Shown piece by piece: positions 28,677 through 32,000 of a stretch of DNA of 32,000 bases. Position 1 is the stretch's first letter. Each line of letters starts with the position of its first letter. The stretch is from the NCBI RefSeq assembly GCF_002214165.1, contig NZ_CP019964.1:390001-422000 (forward strand), in the 5' to 3' direction. Below the pieces are notes generated by a model. It was given only the letters and a program-made list of their open reading frames with translations. It was not told the origin of the DNA and ran no database searches. The position numbers and the translations under genes are program-made. This DNA is from Candidatus Saccharimonadota bacterium. GTDB taxonomy: Archaea; Micrarchaeota; Micrarchaeia; Micrarchaeales; Micrarchaeaceae.

Positions 28677-29810
28677 ATGGTTTTGGTGAATTTTGGGTTG
28701 AGTAAAGTAGAGACTCTTAAAGAAATGAAAGAAGAAATGCAAAATTATTTAGTAAAATATACAGATGAAATCGAAAATTACGATAATAAATCTCAGAAAA
28801 CAAATGATAAAAAAATCAAAACTTATATAATTGAATCTAATAATCCAAAACCTGAAGATGTTATTTGGCCTGAAAATATAAATCTTATTCCAACAAAAGA
28901 TCGGAATTTAAAATTGATAAAAACAAAAATAAGTAATAATCAGGGAATAAGTTATTTGGATTGTTCAGATCCCAGGTTTTGGTATTTACATACGAATATA
29001 GATTCTAATAATACAAAAAAAATTATAAATGATCTAGTTAATCATAATAAAAGTAAGCTTGATTTTTGTTGGTATTCCTCCAATTTTCTTGAAAAAAAAG
29101 TAGGTTTTGGAAAGAGTGAAGGATTTAATATAAAATTTAGGAACGAATTCTTAACAAAAAAAGAGAAAAATGAAGAAAACAGTGTTAAAGAATTTTCTAT
29201 GCTTCTATTTGGTGGCGGAGCAAAAGAAGTCCTAGATAGTTTAAGGCAAAAGGGAAATCCATTAATATCTAATGTAACTTTAACACAGATTAAGCAAACA
29301 TTTAATTCTGATTCTGGCTTTGTTAAAGAATCAATTGGTTATAAGGGTAGTTTTACATTAAACAAGGGAGATTCAATAATTAATCATTTTAATACATTAG
29401 ATTCTGTAAAAAATAAATATTTTAATATTATAAATAGACTAGAAAATGAGTATAGGATAAAATTTAGCGGAAATGAAAGTGGAATAAAAATTGATGGTAT
29501 GTATAGTTTAATAGAATTTAATAAAGAAATAGAAGATCTTAACTTATTTATAGATAGGATTTTTTCTACTAAGAAACCATTTAGACTTTGGGGAATTCCA
29601 CAATATTTAGAAAAGGATTTCGTAAGGGTTTTAGCTGTGGATTTGCATACTTTTGATAAGTTTACCTTAGAGATAACTCCAAATTATATGCGCATATTTT
29701 TATCTGAAAATAGTTGTGGTAACGTTATAGTTAGATTATTTACAAATCTTCAACTTTTTTTTGATTCACAAATAAAATTAAAGGGTTATGATGATGAACA
29801 ATTTATCTAA
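28677..29810 (+). CDS. Hypothetical protein, first gene of overlapping two-gene operon
   Basis: 377 aa with ATG start. No catalytic or NTP-binding motif found. Distinctive segments are ISYLDCSDPRFWYLHTN, LDFCWYSSNFLEKK and PFRLWGIPQYLEKDFVRVLAVDLH. Confidence 0.65.
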   Translation: MVLVNFGLSKVETLKEMKEEMQNYLVKYTDEIENYDNKSQKTNDKKIKTYIIESNNPKPEDVIWPENINLIPTKDRNLKLIKTKISNNQGISYLDCSDPRFWYLHTNIDSNNTKKIINDLVNHNKSKLDFCWYSSNFLEKKVGFGKSEGFNIKFRNEFLTKKEKNEENSVKEFSMLLFGGGAKEVLDSLRQKGNPLISNVTLTQIKQTFNSDSGFVKESIGYKGSFTLNKGDSIINHFNTLDSVKNKYFNIINRLENEYRIKFSGNESGIKIDGMYSLIEFNKEIEDLNLFIDRIFSTKKPFRLWGIPQYLEKDFVRVLAVDLHTFDKFTLEITPNYMRIFLSENSCGNVIVRLFTNLQLFFDSQIKLKGYDDEQFI

Positions 29811-30672
29811 AAGTACTATTATTATAAATTTGATAGTCGACCTATCAACTAAAACCCCAAAATTTCCACACGTTCTTTATGATAAGGGTTTTCATTTAGA
29901 TATGTTAGAACCAAGATTTATATTACCTCAAAACAAACAGAATTCTTCTGCAAAGGAAGTTGCTCCCGATATAGAAATAAATAAAAATAACGAGTATTTA
30001 TTATTTTTTGAATGCAAATATGGTAGTGCATCAAAAGATCAACTTGATAGATACAAACTTCTTACTAAGGATGATATAAAACGTAGCCATACAATAGAGT
30101 TAGCTTCTAATGAATTTGACTTTGATATATCGTATATTGGAATGACGGATAAGGAGCAAAAACTTAATATAAGTTTAGAAGATTCTATAGATAGATTTCC
30201 ATTACTCATATTAGGTAATAACTCTGTATACTTTTCACAAAACTCTTGTAAATTTAAAATGGAGGAGCTAAATGAAATATTTAGTAATCTAAAAATTCCG
30301 AATGATTTTCCTAGAAGTTTTATCCCATTCACAGTGGATGATAATGAAGAAATAATTTTAGAAGATATAATTCAACACTTTACGACAAAAACTGGTTATG
30401 ACTTTAAACCATACGACCTTCTAAAAGAACTCTTACCTTCTATGTATAATTATTATTCACAGGAGGGTCAAAAAAGTTTAATAGGTCGTATAAAAAATAT
30501 ATTGGATAAACTAATAATGGACGAAGATTTTAAGGAATTTATTACATTTACTAATGGAAAATACAGATTAGATGTAAATGAAAAAATTAAAAAATTTCAC
30601 AAAGTGTGTTATAAATTTATAAATAAATATGAGAAAAATAAGAATCAGGTACCTCTAGAAGAATTTTTATGA
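29788..30672 (+). CDS. Hypothetical protein with PD-(D/E)xK nuclease motif
   Basis: 294 aa. It begins at one of three tandem ATGs (29788-29796) inside the last codons of the upstream gene, a 23-nt overlap. ..EVAPD61IEINKNNEYLLFFE75CK77YG.. (D at 29968-29970; ExK at 30010-30018). Confidence 0.6.
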   Translation: MMMNNLSKSTIIINLIVDLSTKTPKFPHVLYDKGFHLDMLEPRFILPQNKQNSSAKEVAPDIEINKNNEYLLFFECKYGSASKDQLDRYKLLTKDDIKRSHTIELASNEFDFDISYIGMTDKEQKLNISLEDSIDRFPLLILGNNSVYFSQNSCKFKMEELNEIFSNLKIPNDFPRSFIPFTVDDNEEIILEDIIQHFTTKTGYDFKPYDLLKELLPSMYNYYSQEGQKSLIGRIKNILDKLIMDEDFKEFITFTNGKYRLDVNEKIKKFHKVCYKFINKYEKNKNQVPLEEFL

Positions 30673-30864
30673 TATACTTCTATATCATTTAGATAGATTT
30701 TTAGAGATAATTTTTAAATCATTTTGGTATATCCTCTTAATTCAATCTAATTCTCATAAAGTAAGAATAAAAAAGAGAAATTTTATTTAAATTCGATCTT
30801 ATTTTTTATTTTTGGCAACAATATATCGTTTATCATATCAGATATAATTTTATTTTCCTCTTCA

Positions 30865-31590
30865 TTGAATCTGACTGATGAAGATTGCCATTCAGGTGCA
30901 ATATGTAATTTTGGCGTTCATTTCTATCAGGGAATGTCTTACCACGAGGTATATCCTCCGCCCTCATCAATACTAGAAACCCCAAACAGCGCAACACCGC
31001 CAACCCCAAATACCGCTTATCAAACATTAAATTCAACTCTATACGTATTTTCCCCACAAAACATAGTATTAAATTATAGTTATTACATACCTATATATGT
31101 CGGAGGAAATGCTAATTATAGCGGCTATTGCGATGGCGGATATTATAATGCTTCATATAGCACATTAAATAGCTCCTTAGAAAATGCGGGTTCTGGAATA
31201 AAAGATAATGTTTATAACGTTAGTTGTTATGATCCAGATCTTGACCTTAACATAACTGGCAAAGGTCACTCCATATTAAACGTGGACTGGTTCAACGTTA
31301 AAAGCGAATCATCCACATTTATAGTAACCGATTCGCCTGTAGAATATACCGAAACAAAAATTATAGATACACCGTCTTATGATGAAGTACCTGGAGACCA
31401 ACCAGTAAATTACACTTATTATAATCTTTATAATAGCCCAGATCGTTTCACCAACAACCCGCTTATAGCCGATGATGGGTCAAGTCTTGAAAATCCGTTT
31501 CAAAATGGATATACAATAACAGCATTATATCCATCATCATCTTCTGTTAATGGATATGTATTTTATGAGTATGATAAAAATCCAAAATAA
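30865..31590 (+). CDS. Sequon-rich putative extracellular/surface glycoprotein; start uncertain
   Basis: 241 aa from TTG 30865. About nine N-x-S/T sequons (NLT, NST, NYS x2, NAS, NSS, NVS, NIT, NYT) in a Tyr/Asn/Ser/Pro-rich sequence. The frame is open upstream to 30760 and encodes a hydrophobic stretch there, but with no ATG/GTG/TTG. Confidence 0.5.
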   Translation: MNLTDEDCHSGAICNFGVHFYQGMSYHEVYPPPSSILETPNSATPPTPNTAYQTLNSTLYVFSPQNIVLNYSYYIPIYVGGNANYSGYCDGGYYNASYSTLNSSLENAGSGIKDNVYNVSCYDPDLDLNITGKGHSILNVDWFNVKSESSTFIVTDSPVEYTETKIIDTPSYDEVPGDQPVNYTYYNLYNSPDRFTNNPLIADDGSSLENPFQNGYTITALYPSSSSVNGYVFYEYDKNPK

Positions 31591-31593
31591 TAA

Positions 31594-31977
31594 TTAACGA
31601 GCAGGGAACAGAATTTCTGTGCCATTATAATATATACCAATTACTCCAGAGATGCCTTTATTAAATATTGTATTGTTTGCATCAAGAATGTTTATTGCAG
31701 TAGAATTTGGTATTCCGGTTGCTTGAGTTAAATACCACGATACATCTGCTCTATCTATTGTTTCTGATTGGACTTTATATGGAATTTGTAATGTACTGTT
31801 ATTATAATTAGAATCTACAAATTCAACATAAACGACTTTACCAAGAAGTGATGGTAAATAACTTGAACCATTAAAATACTCATCTGAAATATTTTCATAT
31901 GTTGGAACATAGAAACCACCATATTTTATAACATAAACACTTGACCCTTGAACTGAAAATTCTTCTTCTGCACTCAT
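31594..31977 (-). CDS. Sequon-rich putative secreted/surface protein (may extend beyond the right window edge)
   Basis: 127 aa from ATG 31977. Seven N-x-S/T sequons (NIS, NGS, NNS, NST x2, NNT, NGT). The frame remains open upstream to base 32000 (..SSNKAIE-M..), so the true start may lie outside the window. Confidence 0.5.
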   Translation of the reverse strand: MSAEEEFSVQGSSVYVIKYGGFYVPTYENISDEYFNGSSYLPSLLGKVVYVEFVDSNYNNSTLQIPYKVQSETIDRADVSWYLTQATGIPNSTAINILDANNTIFNKGISGVIGIYYNGTEILFPAR

Positions 31978-32000
31978 TTCTATTGCTTTATTTGAGGAAT

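Noticed and set aside
29103-29117. G-F-G-K-S in gene A of the two-gene operon, considered as a Walker A P-loop.
   Set aside because: It does not satisfy [AG]-x4-G-K-[ST] because the residue five positions before the Gly-Lys is Lys. No Walker B candidate follows.

Overview
This is a mosaic window, probably from an AT-rich archaeal chromosome. My guess is a Thermoplasmata-like organism. That guess is inference only, from AT-rich TATA-like boxes a few tens of nt upstream of starts, several TTG/GTG starts, a DUF4143-type ATPase, an archaeal-style VapBC pair and sequon-rich surface proteins. Hand counts of single 60-nt lines show two compositional classes. Housekeeping blocks (1-5120 and 17860-18717) run about 43-50% G+C. 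The accessory DNA between and after them runs about 15-30%. Housekeeping genes are a partial FAD oxidoreductase, an MFS transporter, chorismate mutase/prephenate dehydrogenase, an EEP phosphoesterase, a Nudix hydrolase, an isochorismatase-family hydrolase and pirin. Accessory content, in order: a DpnII/MboI-family type II R-M pair (5340-7173); an HExxH + zinc-finger membrane-anchored protein; a PEP-utilising enzyme lacking the PEP/pyruvate domain; a DUF4143 ATPase; VapBC; an FkbM methyltransferase; a ParB-like protein + Dam-class methyltransferase operon isolated by 0.57-0.81 kb non-coding spacers (14857-17290); and a complete type III R-M (mod-res, 20655-25246). About 5.5 kb of orphan genes follows, containing an 82-bp direct repeat pair, an (ATT)12 microsatellite, a doubly frameshifted PD-(D/E)xK gene and an overlapping two-gene operon (28677-30672). 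The best candidates for an undescribed system are (i) that two-gene operon, pairing a 377-aa unknown with a 294-aa PD-(D/E)xK-motif protein and no methyltransferase of its own, next to the type III R-M, and (ii) the ParB-like/Dam operon, which has no recognisable restriction endonuclease. I recognised no rRNA, tRNA, CRISPR array, transposase or integrase. All family calls rest on motifs read by eye and were not checked by any search.
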